This document shows, piece after piece, positions 47,601 to 59,600 of a stretch of 64,000 bases of DNA; within the stretch, counting starts at the first letter, position 1; every line of letters begins with the position of its first letter. A program made the translations under genes and the position numbers. The DNA lies in assembly GCA_963422205.2 (NCBI GenBank), contig CAXMWX010000005.1:772316-836315 (forward strand), read 5' to 3'. The notes beneath the pieces were generated by a model. That model did no database searches. It was not told the DNA's origin and saw nothing but the letters and a program-made list of their open reading frames with translations. Origin of the DNA: Gammaproteobacteria bacterium (GTDB taxonomy: Bacteria; Pseudomonadota; Gammaproteobacteria; Eutrophobiales; Eutrophobiaceae).

Positions 47601-50600
47601 TGTCATTTGTAAGTTAAATAACTATCGATCAGCTTTTGGGAACGAATATGGTTACAACTAGCTGATAAAATGAAGTTAAACGACGAAATTGAAATGGTAC
47701 CAGTAACTATGTTGATACTTTGAGGTGTCAACCATATTTAGGCTGCATTTAACGTTTCAAGCCTACCTCTGATCCAATTGAACGGAGCCGGGTAATCGCA
47801 ACTTGCCAAGGCCATGAATATAAATCGGCATCAAATCCTCCGCTAACGCGGCCAATCCTGGCTTGCTGTCTTACGCTGCCAACTTCTCCAGCTTGTCCAC
47901 ACTGACTGTAATCTGTCCGTAAAAAGAGCTAAATCAGAACTGAAGTTGAAGTAGGGATGTGCCTCAAGAAAAATTACTCGGACTCGCCGAGTAACGAGTA
48001 TTCACGACAATGCTCGGGCGAGTCCGAGTATCTACGACGTAAAATATGAACTCAAAATTAGGTGAAGAGCAAAAAAAAGGTCATCACGTCCGTAGAAGTC
48101 CTAATTTCGACCCAAATTCGGATAAAAAGCAAAAAAAAGTCGAAATGATAATGGTTTAATACTCGGCAGAGTATCAATTAATACTCGGACTCGGCCAAGT
48201 CCGATTAATGCCTTATTACTCGGCCGAATACTCGGACTTGACTCGGCACATCCCTAAGTTGAAGCTTTTGGATTTACTGTAACGACTACAAAAACGGTCT
48301 TCTCGATGTTCATCTTGTAAATGAAACAGAAAAAAAAACAAAATCTTTTGCAATAAAGAAAAACAACAACAAAGAAATTTTGAAATCGAACAACGACACC
48401 GTGTTTAGTGTTGAAGGAACAGCAACACATTTGATTCAATTACAACAAAAGGTTTAATCAAGCAAAGAGTTTTATCGACGACAAATGATGGACTTTATGT
48501 GCGCATTTTACGCCTGATAAGATTACAGAATGGTATTCTCACAACCATATTTAGATCTTACCGATGGCGGCATCGGTTACTTGGTCCAGAAGCTCAGAAA
48601 TTTTATAAAAATTGTCGATTAAAATGAAGTTGTCAGGATTTCCTCCAGCAAGACCCAGCAGTTCTTCGTAAGCTTCTGCCCCTGTTGCTGGATTAGCGCA
48701 TTCAACGCAGGTGGTGATGCTGTAAAACTTAACAAGATCACAAAAATTAGCAGGTTGGCTTAAAGGCGTCGGGTGCACTTTACGTTTACACTAACAGCTC
48801 AGATGGCCGAGTGGTAAGAGCGTCCTCCTCTGGAGATGTAAACTCGAGTTTGATTCCAAGAGCTTCCCAGCTTGACGTTCAGCATTAAAGGTACAGTGTG
48901 GAGAACAAGCAGGCAAGTTCACTTGTTGTGCCGTTGGGAAAAGATTACCCATCTTAGTGCAGAAGACAGGAGGCCGGCAACTCCTAAGCGAACTCGTATA
49001 GAGCTTTGGTCGCTTTCTCGTGATAAAAGAATAAATATGCCACTGTAAAATAAAAAAATACTCTACACAGAGCCGGCGCCAGAACAGTCGACTTAGGGGG
49101 GCCAAACGCCACTGTCTTCAAAAGACAAAACTTGTTAAATGGGGGGGCAAGCATGTGAATTGGGGGGACCAGGAACCCCTGGCTCCCCCTTAACGCCGGC
49201 CCTGACTCTACAACACAACCTATATCTCCCGGCTTGGAAAAAAATTTAAGATGATTCAGCGTGGTAATATTTTTTAAACTCTTCACACTCACAGCTTTTG
49301 CTTGCAGGACTTAGAATTTTACATGCAGTACAGGCAATTGTTGAATGGAGCGACTGCACATTTGTTTTCACGATAGCATTTTTTTGAATTAATGTATGTT
49401 TCAACACGTAGGCTATCGTTTTGTCACTGTAACTTATTTTCCTCTATTGCTTCTACTTTTCGTTTTTCATTGTAATTTTTTTGCTTGGTTTCTACTTTCG
49501 CACAGTTATGTTGAGCATGGTTAAGCAAAGACGCAGCTATGAATAGAGAAACATCAGATTTGACCCGACTCAGAATCTAACCGTAAATCTACCGCCTCAG
49601 AAGCAAATGCTGCATCACTTGCATTCATGGGCGACCGCAGAATTTTTTGTAGGGGGGGAATTTTTAGTTGGTCAAGTTAACGTTTTACGGTATCAGTCAA
49701 TCTGCTTGATTTGATTTTAATCAGCACCATCAGATGAAACGGCATGCTCCCTCGGAAAATTTTTGAAAATTTACATGCTGCAATGACTGTTTTAGTGCCT
49801 TTTGAATAATTTTCACACAAAATTTGTGTAAATTTTTTCACGCTAAATCTGAGTGCTTCGCCAATTATGATGCATTTTGTCCGCACATTTTCGATTATGC
49901 GTGCTTACGGCGTAAGGCTTATCGCCATCGAAAAGGTTCAAAATCATGGAAAAATTGTATACATCAAAAACGTTTTTGAAAATGGTTGGTGAAAATCTAT
50001 TTTGAAAATCCTACCCCCTGTATCCGTCCCGGGCCACAAGCTACAGAAACCATCAAAAGAGTGTGGCATATTTCAGTCACTTGGCAGCATTAGTTTTGTT
50101 CTTTTTTACTAAAAAACAAAGTAAAAAAGGGGGGGCATGGCACAATGCCCCTACCTAAATACGCTCCAGCATAGGCCTTATCAGTTATCATTATATTCGC
50201 AATTATATATATATATATATCGGAATACAATAAATATGGGACGAAAATAGATAAAGGAGGAAAAGTAAAACCACAGTAAATTTTAAAACTGGACACTTCG
50301 ACAACATATAGATTCAGCTGTCATCTGCAGCAGTATATGCATGGCAGTACAAAACTGTTTTGTACTGCTTAGAAGTAAGTATGTAGATTAAATGAAGCGA
50401 AGTGAAGTAGGTTTTGGGTTTAGTCCTTGAAAAAATTCACCCTTGACATTTTAACTCTTTCACATAGGCGTATCTCATATTTTGGATTTTTAAAGATCAC
50501 TTGATTTCACCCAAAAGTTTTTGCAGCTTTTTTTTTACAAATGTACGGTACTTCTCTCCTATCGATTGTCACCTTAACGTGGAGGGAGGTTTGAGTTTGT

Positions 50601-53600
50601 AATGATCCTTAGAGTAATGCCGTCGGTAGTGTTCAATCACTTCCATCAGAGTTACCCATAGCGGTAAGGTCGAAGGAGAGAAACAGACTAAGTAACAATG
50701 TAATGCTGTAGCTACTCAATCTCTTGACAGCCACTGTTTCGACTTCAATGCTGTAGCTAAATGGAAAGTTGTAACAACAATATTCATCTTACTGCATTGG
50801 ACGGCGCATAGGATAAAAAGGTCCGTGTTCGAGTTTTAGGCAGAGGGACTCGTTCGAAAAGTACGCTACAGTCTCCCCCACAAGCTGACCGTCACCGGAA
50901 ACCCACCTAAGCAGTCGCTAAGAGTTTGGGGAGGCAAATGGGTGCAGCGCACAGAAAATGTACTGGAGTTGGACCAAACTGCCGGGATCATAGCTATCGG
51001 GAACTGGAACGTTTCGTCACTGACAGGAAAAGAGCAAGAGCTTGTTTGCGAAGCCCAGCGGTATCGCCTTGATATTAAGGGAAATTCATCAACAAAGCGC
51101 CGGGGTTGTGGAACTGACGAGTTGAACGGTGGGTGAAAAATTTTCTACTCCAGTGTTGATGCAGCAATATTTGCTCAAGCTGGTGTTGGCTAACTTGTGA
51201 GTCCCAAGATGGCTGAGTATGTCACTGACTGGGTACCACTCGGAAAAAGGGTTTGTCTTCTCAAGCTAAGGCTGCAGAAGCGATTTCTATGTCTCTTGTA
51301 GGTGTATGCACCTAACATAGAATCACAGAGGGAAGCCTTTCTGGAGGAAGTTGAGGTTACACTGGGAAAAGCGACTTGGAAAAAGAAGGAAGGTATTTAT
51401 TGCAGTTCTGTGCCACCAACGGATTGCACATAATGAACATATTTTTTCAGCACAAAAGAATTCATAAGTACACCTGGTACAGAGACTTCTTGGGACCTAG
51501 CTCCCTGATTGATTTTTGTATCGTTTCGGTGGACTTGTTTTCCACCGTGTCTGATGTTCGTGTTAAAAGAGAGGCGGAGATGCCAACTGATCACCACCTA
51601 GTTGTCTGCACTTGAAAGCTTTGAAACCCGTGAGAAAACGAAAGACTTTTTGACCAAGAAAAACTTAGCGAATCCAATGGGAATTTTTGGCTGACAAAAA
51701 GGTACGAACTGTATTTGCATACAACATTGCATCTAAGTTCCAAGAACTTGCGGCCTCTACTCAAGACATTGAAGCTGAGTGGTGTTTGTTTCAAACAGCA
51801 GTCATTACGTCCGCTACTAACTGTTGTGGAAGTAAGCGTGTTGGAGGGACGAAAAGTAGAGAGAAAAGAATTCCTTGGTGGAACCAAGAAGTTAAATAAG
51901 CTATTCGTGCAACAGAAGTGGCCTATAAGGCCTGGTTTGCAATTAAGTCATCAGTTGATCTTCGTTCGCAGTACTCTGAAGTACGTAAGGCGGCAGCCAC
52001 AAAAGTTAAACTGTCTAAGGAAAGGGCCTAAAAGGAATTTAGAGAAAGGCTAGACAACGATTTCAAAATGACAAACAAAGCATTCTGGCAGACCATTCAC
52101 AGTTTGCGTGGAAAAAGATCTCAAGCCGATTTCTACATCGAAGGTTTATGTGGCACCACTTTAAAAAATGAGGATGCTATTTTGAATCGGGGGAGAGAAT
52201 GCTTTAGTGATCTTTTAAACCCAGTTGATGCTACATCGATTCAAATTCACGAGGAACTGGTTGGGGAAGATATTCAGACAACCCAAGCAGATGTGAGTGC
52301 AGTTATCAAATCATTGAAAACTGGAAAAGCACCTGAAATGTTAAAAGCAATGAACTTGTGTGGTGTTCGTTGGCTGACTCGTGTTTGTAAGGTGGCTTGT
52401 ACGACTGGGAAGCACCAAAGCAATGGCAAACTAGTGTGACAATACCTATCCACAAGAAAGGAGACAAGAGAAAATGTACCAATTGTAGGATCATATCTCT
52501 CATCAATGTCCCGGGTAAGGTCTATGCTAAATGCCTTGAAAAGAAATGCCGAGAAATAGTCGAGCCTAAACTAACGAATGTTCAGTGTGGCTTTCGTCTT
52601 AACCGAAGCACAATGGACCAGATCTTTGCTTTGCAGCAAATCTCTGAGAAGTCGTGGGAATATGCGAACGAGGTCAATGCATGTTTTGTTGATCTTGAAA
52701 AAGCATATCATCGCATTCCTAGAAACAAGCTTTGGGCGGTGCTGTTACAGTATGGCATTGGTGGCCAGTTAGTAACTGCTATTAAGTCGCTGTACATGCA
52801 TTCCGAAGTCTGTGTTCGTGTTAACAGCGCAAGGGCGATACCTTTCTGAGTAAGTGTGGGACTACGGCAAGGCTGCTCACTTTCACCTATTCTGCTTCTT
52901 ATTTATATGGATAAAATAGTTACGAAAAATGGGTGTTATCGCGGAGTTAAGATCGGTGTTGCGCTGTACAACGTCTGTTATTTGCAGATGTTCTTGTGCT
53001 ACTCGTCTCTACCCAAAATGGTCTCCTGCAAGCTCTCGACAGGTTTTTGGATGCATGCTCTGTGGCCGATGAAAATCAGCGCAACAAAAACAGTAACCAT
53101 ATGTGCCTGTCCAGACAACCAAAGCAGTGCTCTCTCCAAATTGGTGGAGTACCACTAAAACAGTCTGAGAAATTTAAGTACCTCGGCGTCTCATTCACAA
53201 GTGATGGCAGACAACACAGCGAATTGGATATCCGCATCGGAAAAGCAAGTGCAGTAATGCGCCAGCTCCACCGATCTGTAGTACTGAAACGGGAGCTTTG
53301 TACCAGGGCAAAGCTTCCCATGTTCAGATCAGTCTATATTCCTATTCTGACTTATGGCCAATTGGCCTTGAGTGTTGGATGATGAATGAGAAAGTGAGAT
53401 CTCGAGCTCAAGCAGCCGCCATGGGATTCTTGCGAAGAATTAGCGGTTTGACTTTGTTGGACAAGGTTAAAAGTGCAGATATTCGTGAACCTCTAAACAT
53501 CGAAAAGCTGCTTTTCCGATTAGAAAGATCGCAACTGCGTTAATATGGACATGTGACCCGAATGTCCCACGAAAGAACAGCCAAAAAAATGCTCTGTTCA

Positions 53601-56600
53601 ACACCGATTGGTCGAAGGCCTAGAGGCCATCCCAGAACTCGATGGCGAGATTACGTAGATCTTAGTTGGTCTCGCCTTGGCATCCCAGCAGAGCATCTAT
53701 CCTTTGTAGGCTTGTAGCAGGGGATCGAGATGCTTGGAGGCTTCAACTCGAGCTGCTGCCCCCGCGACCTCCCAAGAATAAGTGGGTCTACAAAATGAAT
53801 GAACGTACAGTACTGGTAGCATATTCTAGTTTATTGATTGATTGATTATTTATTTATCCATGAACTAACAATTAGACCAACAAATACAGATAACAATGGA
53901 AAAATAAAACAAAATAAAATAGAAACAAAGCAAAAAAGAACACTAACAAAGACCACCAAATATAAATAACAATGCACGGGAGACTGCGAAGGGACCTTAG
54001 GGTCATGGAGTCAAGCAGCCATCCTTACTAAAGCGGATAAGCTAAAATTTAAAGCGTGGCATAATTTGCATACAATCCATAAATAAACATTGTATATAGA
54101 CAGTTTATTCACCTTACCCTTCAGGAACTCCATCATCAAAGTTAATTCTTCACAAGAAAATGAAGTTTAAGTTTTTGATTAAACCTGCGCACAGAACTTG
54201 ATTTTATGTCATCGGGAATATCATTCCAAATCTTGACGCCTTGATATTTAAGTGAGCGTTGCAACTTCGAGGTGCGATAGAGTGGAATCTACTAGTTACA
54301 ACAAGTTGCTTGTAATCTGGTTTTTACTGGGTGATGTTCGTTTAGTTTGACGAAAAAATTGTTGAATGGAGTAGGGAGCATATCTTTGAGGTGAGAATAG
54401 ACAAAAAGACCCAATTCTGATTTCACAAGGTCATGGAGTTGCAAATGTTTAATGACTTATAAATGCTACTTAGCGCATAATGATGAGCATGTTTACCACA
54501 TATTAGTTTTATTGCTTTGTCTTGGAGTTTGCTGATCGGGGCCGTGTAAGTTTGGTACGTGGAAAACCATATTGTAACGACGTATAACAAGTGAGAGTGG
54601 AAGAGTGCAAAATACAGATGAAGAAGGGATTTCTTAGGGAGATAATTTTTAACTTTCTGCAAAATGCCCAATGACCGAGAGAGCTTCGTATAGAGAAGTT
54701 TGATGTGTGTTTTGAAGTTAAGCTCGTCATCGATATAAAGCCTAAATATTTTGCTGATTTGAAGATGGTGATAGGTGATCCATCATAAAATATGTTAATT
54801 TCGGGAGAAGTTGATGGCAAGTTGAATTTAGGTGGTATGATTAACAAATTTGACTTTTCGGAGTTGAAAAGTTGGAGTTGAGTGATCATGATTAATCAGT
54901 TTTGAAAGACTGTCAATTGTATCAGCACTGTGAACTAGACACGTGTCATCCGCAAACAGACGAGGTTTCACCAAAGTGCAATTGTCCAGATCATTGCTGC
55001 AAAGTATAAAAAGAAGAGGACCAAGAGTTGACTCTTGAGGGACTCCCCATTTGATAGGGACGAGTTTAGAGGATTGTTCATCAATCACAATAAACTGCTT
55101 TCTTTGCGAAAGATAAGATTTTAAAAGATCATTTGCAGTACCTCTAATCCCATAATGCTCCAATTTATTAATTAATATATCATGGTCAACAGTATCAAAT
55201 GCTTTCTTGATGTCTAAAACACTAACACCAGTGAATTTTTTATCGTTGATATTATCATTGGCCATAGTAATAACATCAGTAACTGCATGCTTTGTAAAAT
55301 GCCCAGCTCGAAAGCCATATTGAAACGGTGAGATTATGGAGTGCTTGCGGATAAAAGTGTCCAGTCGCTGATACAACAATTTTTCAAAAATCTTGCAGAA
55401 ACTAAAAAGAAGGGAAATAGAACGATGGTTAGTAGCTACACGCTTATTGCCAGATTTAAAAACAAGAACCACTTTGGCAAGTTTTAAAATGTCGGAAAAT
55501 ATTCCGAAAGCAAATGAGTAGTTCACGAATTCTGAAAGAGGTTCAGAAACTATAGCGGCAGCAACCTTAATAAAGTAAGGCGAAATATTGTCGGGACCAC
55601 AGGCTTTTTTATTGACAAGGGCGTTGTTAATTAATACGAAAACTTCAGTTGGAACTGTAGGTTGCAGAAAGATTGAGTCAACCACTCTATCGTGAAGGAA
55701 TTCGTTAAAACTTGAAGAATCGGGCAATATATTCAAATTATCAACGACTGTAGTAGCTACTGTACTGAAATAATCACCAAAGTGTTTTGCAATTAATTTG
55801 GGATCATGGACAACAGTGCCATCGCTTGCTTCAAGCACTTGAATCGTATGTTTCGCAGTTTTCTTGGGCAGCAAGCTTTTAATGATGTCCCATGTTCTGC
55901 GAATATTACTCTTGCAATTATGAAGTTCGCTCCCAAAATAGCTTTTTTTTTGCTGCGTTTAGCTTCTTCAGCTTTGACGTCAAGTTTTGTTGCGCAATTT
56001 TACAACCAAGATAAAACCCAATGAAGCTATGGAGCAATATATTGTGCACTTCTCATTCAAAGTCAGAGGGGCAAGTACCGAATTGCCCCCTCCACAGACG
56101 CCTACTTGTGTGTGCATATCAATTTGGCACTTTTAGCTTTGCATCAAACTTTGTTGTGCATATTATAACCAGGGCTGGAAATCGATACCCAAAAAAGTAA
56201 AGAAATAATCGAGAATAATCGATTTTGATGGTAGTTTAAGAAAGCAAAGAATAAAGAATATTGTAATCGATATCCGATATTACATTGAACATTTAGCGAT
56301 GTACTCCACACATTTTTTGTGATGTCCTCACATTCATGCGGTAACTTAAAGACAAACGACGGACAAAGTATATGACATTATTCATGCGAAGCAACTTTGC
56401 TTTAAGCATTTTTTGGCACAAAAAAATTATCAGATAAAACAAGGTAATGACATACCGACGATTATTTTAAATTTACCAAAATGAGATAAACTAACCTGGA
56501 CATAAAGAATCGAATATGGAATATCGAATTGAGCCGAAAAAAAAGTAAAGACAAGGCATATTCGATACTCATTCAAAAAACTAAAAGCTCCAGTGCATTG

Positions 56601-59600
56601 GAGAAACAAAAAGTAAGGAATATCGCAATCGAATATCGATTTTAATCGATTTTTCCCAACCCTGATTATAACTAAAATAAATGATATTAAAACCACAATG
56701 CGGTTGCGCATTTCTCACTTAAAATCCAGGTGGGGGAGCAAGTGCCCCCCCTTCCGGCATCCATGCTCGCATTGCACATCTTGTCATATGTAGAATAATG
56801 CCTTCTCTAATATGCGCCTATCAAGGTATCGGACTAGTAACCGCAGGAATGAGTAGCGAGATTCCTATTACTACGCATTGCCATACTACAACACAACTCA
56901 ACGAAAGAACTCAATGTCTATGCGTATTTCTGTTTACCGTTATTGGATAGGGCAGCGTTAAAATTTCGGCCACTTTATCTTGCGGTGGTCTTCCTTCATT
57001 ATGCTTACCTAAAATAAAAGTCAGAAAATGATAACAAAGACACCTCTAGTCAGGGCTGCGAACTCGATCGATTTTTAACCGAGTTCAAGTCCGAGTTCGA
57101 GTTCTAAGAATTTTATTTTTCGAGTTCGAGTTTGGCAAAAATGACCGAGTTTAGAGAGTTCGAGATCAAGTTTGAGTTCGCAGCCCTGGACTTTATAGGT
57201 CGCAATGGCATGAACAAATAAACGACATGCAGCTTTTCTTTTGGTAAAATCATAACTTCTATTTACACGGATTGTGACTACTGGAACAACAAACTATATT
57301 TCGTAGTGATCTTTTACTTCTTTTCAACAATTTAAATATCTTTCCAATGAACTCGAACTGAAACAGTTTTATGCGACTTCAAGTTCGAATTCAGAAAAAC
57401 TATTTTTTCGAGTTCAAGTTCGAGTTCAGCAAAATGATCGAGTTCAAGTTCGAGTTGGCAGACCTGCCGATAGTGAGCAGTGAGTTTCAACCTCATGGCA
57501 TATAATTTTCATTTGGTTTCTGAATCCAAAACAGCACAACAAAAACAAAATTTAGTACACGAAGCGAGTTTACAGCTCGAAAACAAAAAAGCACATTTTC
57601 AGCATGAATAATTCCTATACATACTAAACAATTTTCCGAAATTTCTCAAAAACGAAGTTAGCTCAGCAATGTTCACGCAATCATCGTTACTCACCATCAG
57701 TGAGTATAAACACGTGTCGCTGACGTTCTCTGGAACCATTTTGCTGAAGGGAAAACAACAGCTTAGCGTTTAGCATATTAAGAGCTAATATGGTGTGTGT
57801 CCCGCTGCGTAATTGTCTTTTCTTCAATATTTCTAAAAAAAGTAAAACCTAATTTGAAGATATGGCGACTGCACAGTACAGAAAAGATTGTGAAGGTTAA
57901 CAGCTTCATGTGATTGCGATACAAAACTTCTAAGAGCGATGGGTGCAATTAATTTTATTTTAGCAATAAACCAAAGCTCTCGATGCGATTTTTCATTAAA
58001 TAGGCCTTTTAAATTCTATTTGTGCTGTTTAAAACTTTATATTTGAAAACTGTGGTAGGTAAATGAAAGCATACTGACAGATGTCGCGTGCCGCGACGGT
58101 GCCAAATTCTCACATTTGGACATTTTTCGGTGATATCGAGAGCATTCATTGCCATCATGTAACTGAATTGTGATGAAATGCCTGCTTTTCGCTATTAATC
58201 TTACCACAAACACTCTTTTTCTCAAGTTTATTTAAACAACTTTGTTGCCTTATGATTCTAAAGTGAGGACGGTTTCTTTGCAGAAAATTTTTACAACAAG
58301 TGAAACCAGAAGATTTTCCTTGTTTTAACATAAGTATGGTGCCGAAAAATGCACACCAGCATCACATGTCTATTTTTATTATTGTAATCATACTTGGCCT
58401 ACAGTAATAAGGACGACTAACCTCTGTTTAAGCCAATGTTGATCAATTCTTGTATGGTCTCTTGCGCAGTTGGTTGCGATCCGACAAATATATCTTTAGC
58501 GGCAGAAGCGAAGACTATTATTCCATATTCGATTGCTCCAGTTGCATTAGCTGTCAACTGAATATAGAAGCAATTATCCTTTAGAATTTATTTGCATTTA
58601 GAAATGATTACAAAATATACAAGGTTTAATGCCAATCAATGATATCAATTCCAGGAACCGGGAAGATGACATCACTGGGACAGGGGCATTGTGAAACGTA
58701 CCGCGGCCCGGGCGTTATAAAATTGCTTTTTTAATGTTGTCATAATTTATTACTTGCTTTGATGCTTTAACCTTTAAAAAACGTTATTTTGTTTCTCTGA
58801 GTTAAATTTTTTGATCGTGACATCTGTCTACTGCAGTATGCAATTTGTTCATAACTTTTTCACTATAAACTTTGCGGTCTTAAATAATTTTTTGATATTG
58901 CCCGCAAAGCTTTTGCACGAAACAGCAGAACCATTACCCAAATTTTCGTAAAACGCTACGCTTACTCTTTCAATCAGCTTTACAGCAAAAGTGAGAGAGT
59001 GGTTGAGACTTTCATCAGTTACACTTCTGGAAAGATCAAATAAAAAGTATATTTCATGCCCGGGCGAAAAGCTGGCAGAGATGAAACGTCCAATGTTCAG
59101 CTGTGGTATGGACGATCGAATTCTGGAAGTACTCTCAACTAGTTTTTGCACTACAGAACTCGCACTGTCTCGAATAGTTGGATCTGCATGTATAACTGTA
59201 TTAAAGGAAAGATTACACTTGTTGGTAAAAATTGGTGTGTTTAGTTACCTATGCATTTTGGTGCAGCAGATCCACTCCATTGCCGAAAAAATAAACATTC
59301 TTGTTCAGCATCACCGACTAAAACGTATCTTCTATCACAAGAAAACCTAAGTATGCTTCCCACTGCAAAAGTATGGCCTGTACCTATTATTTTTCCACCA
59401 ATTGGAACGCCAGGATGCAAGCAACGGTCGGACACATCTGTGAAAATAAAAACCATATAGTTTTAACATGAATTTTTGCATTTGGTGTGTTAAGTACTGC
59501 AAGGATATTTTTCCCATTGCGGGGACATCAATGAAACCAGTACTGTGGCGTCAATTCTGCTACAAGATTTTATCAGTGAATTTTATTTGCTATGGTATTT

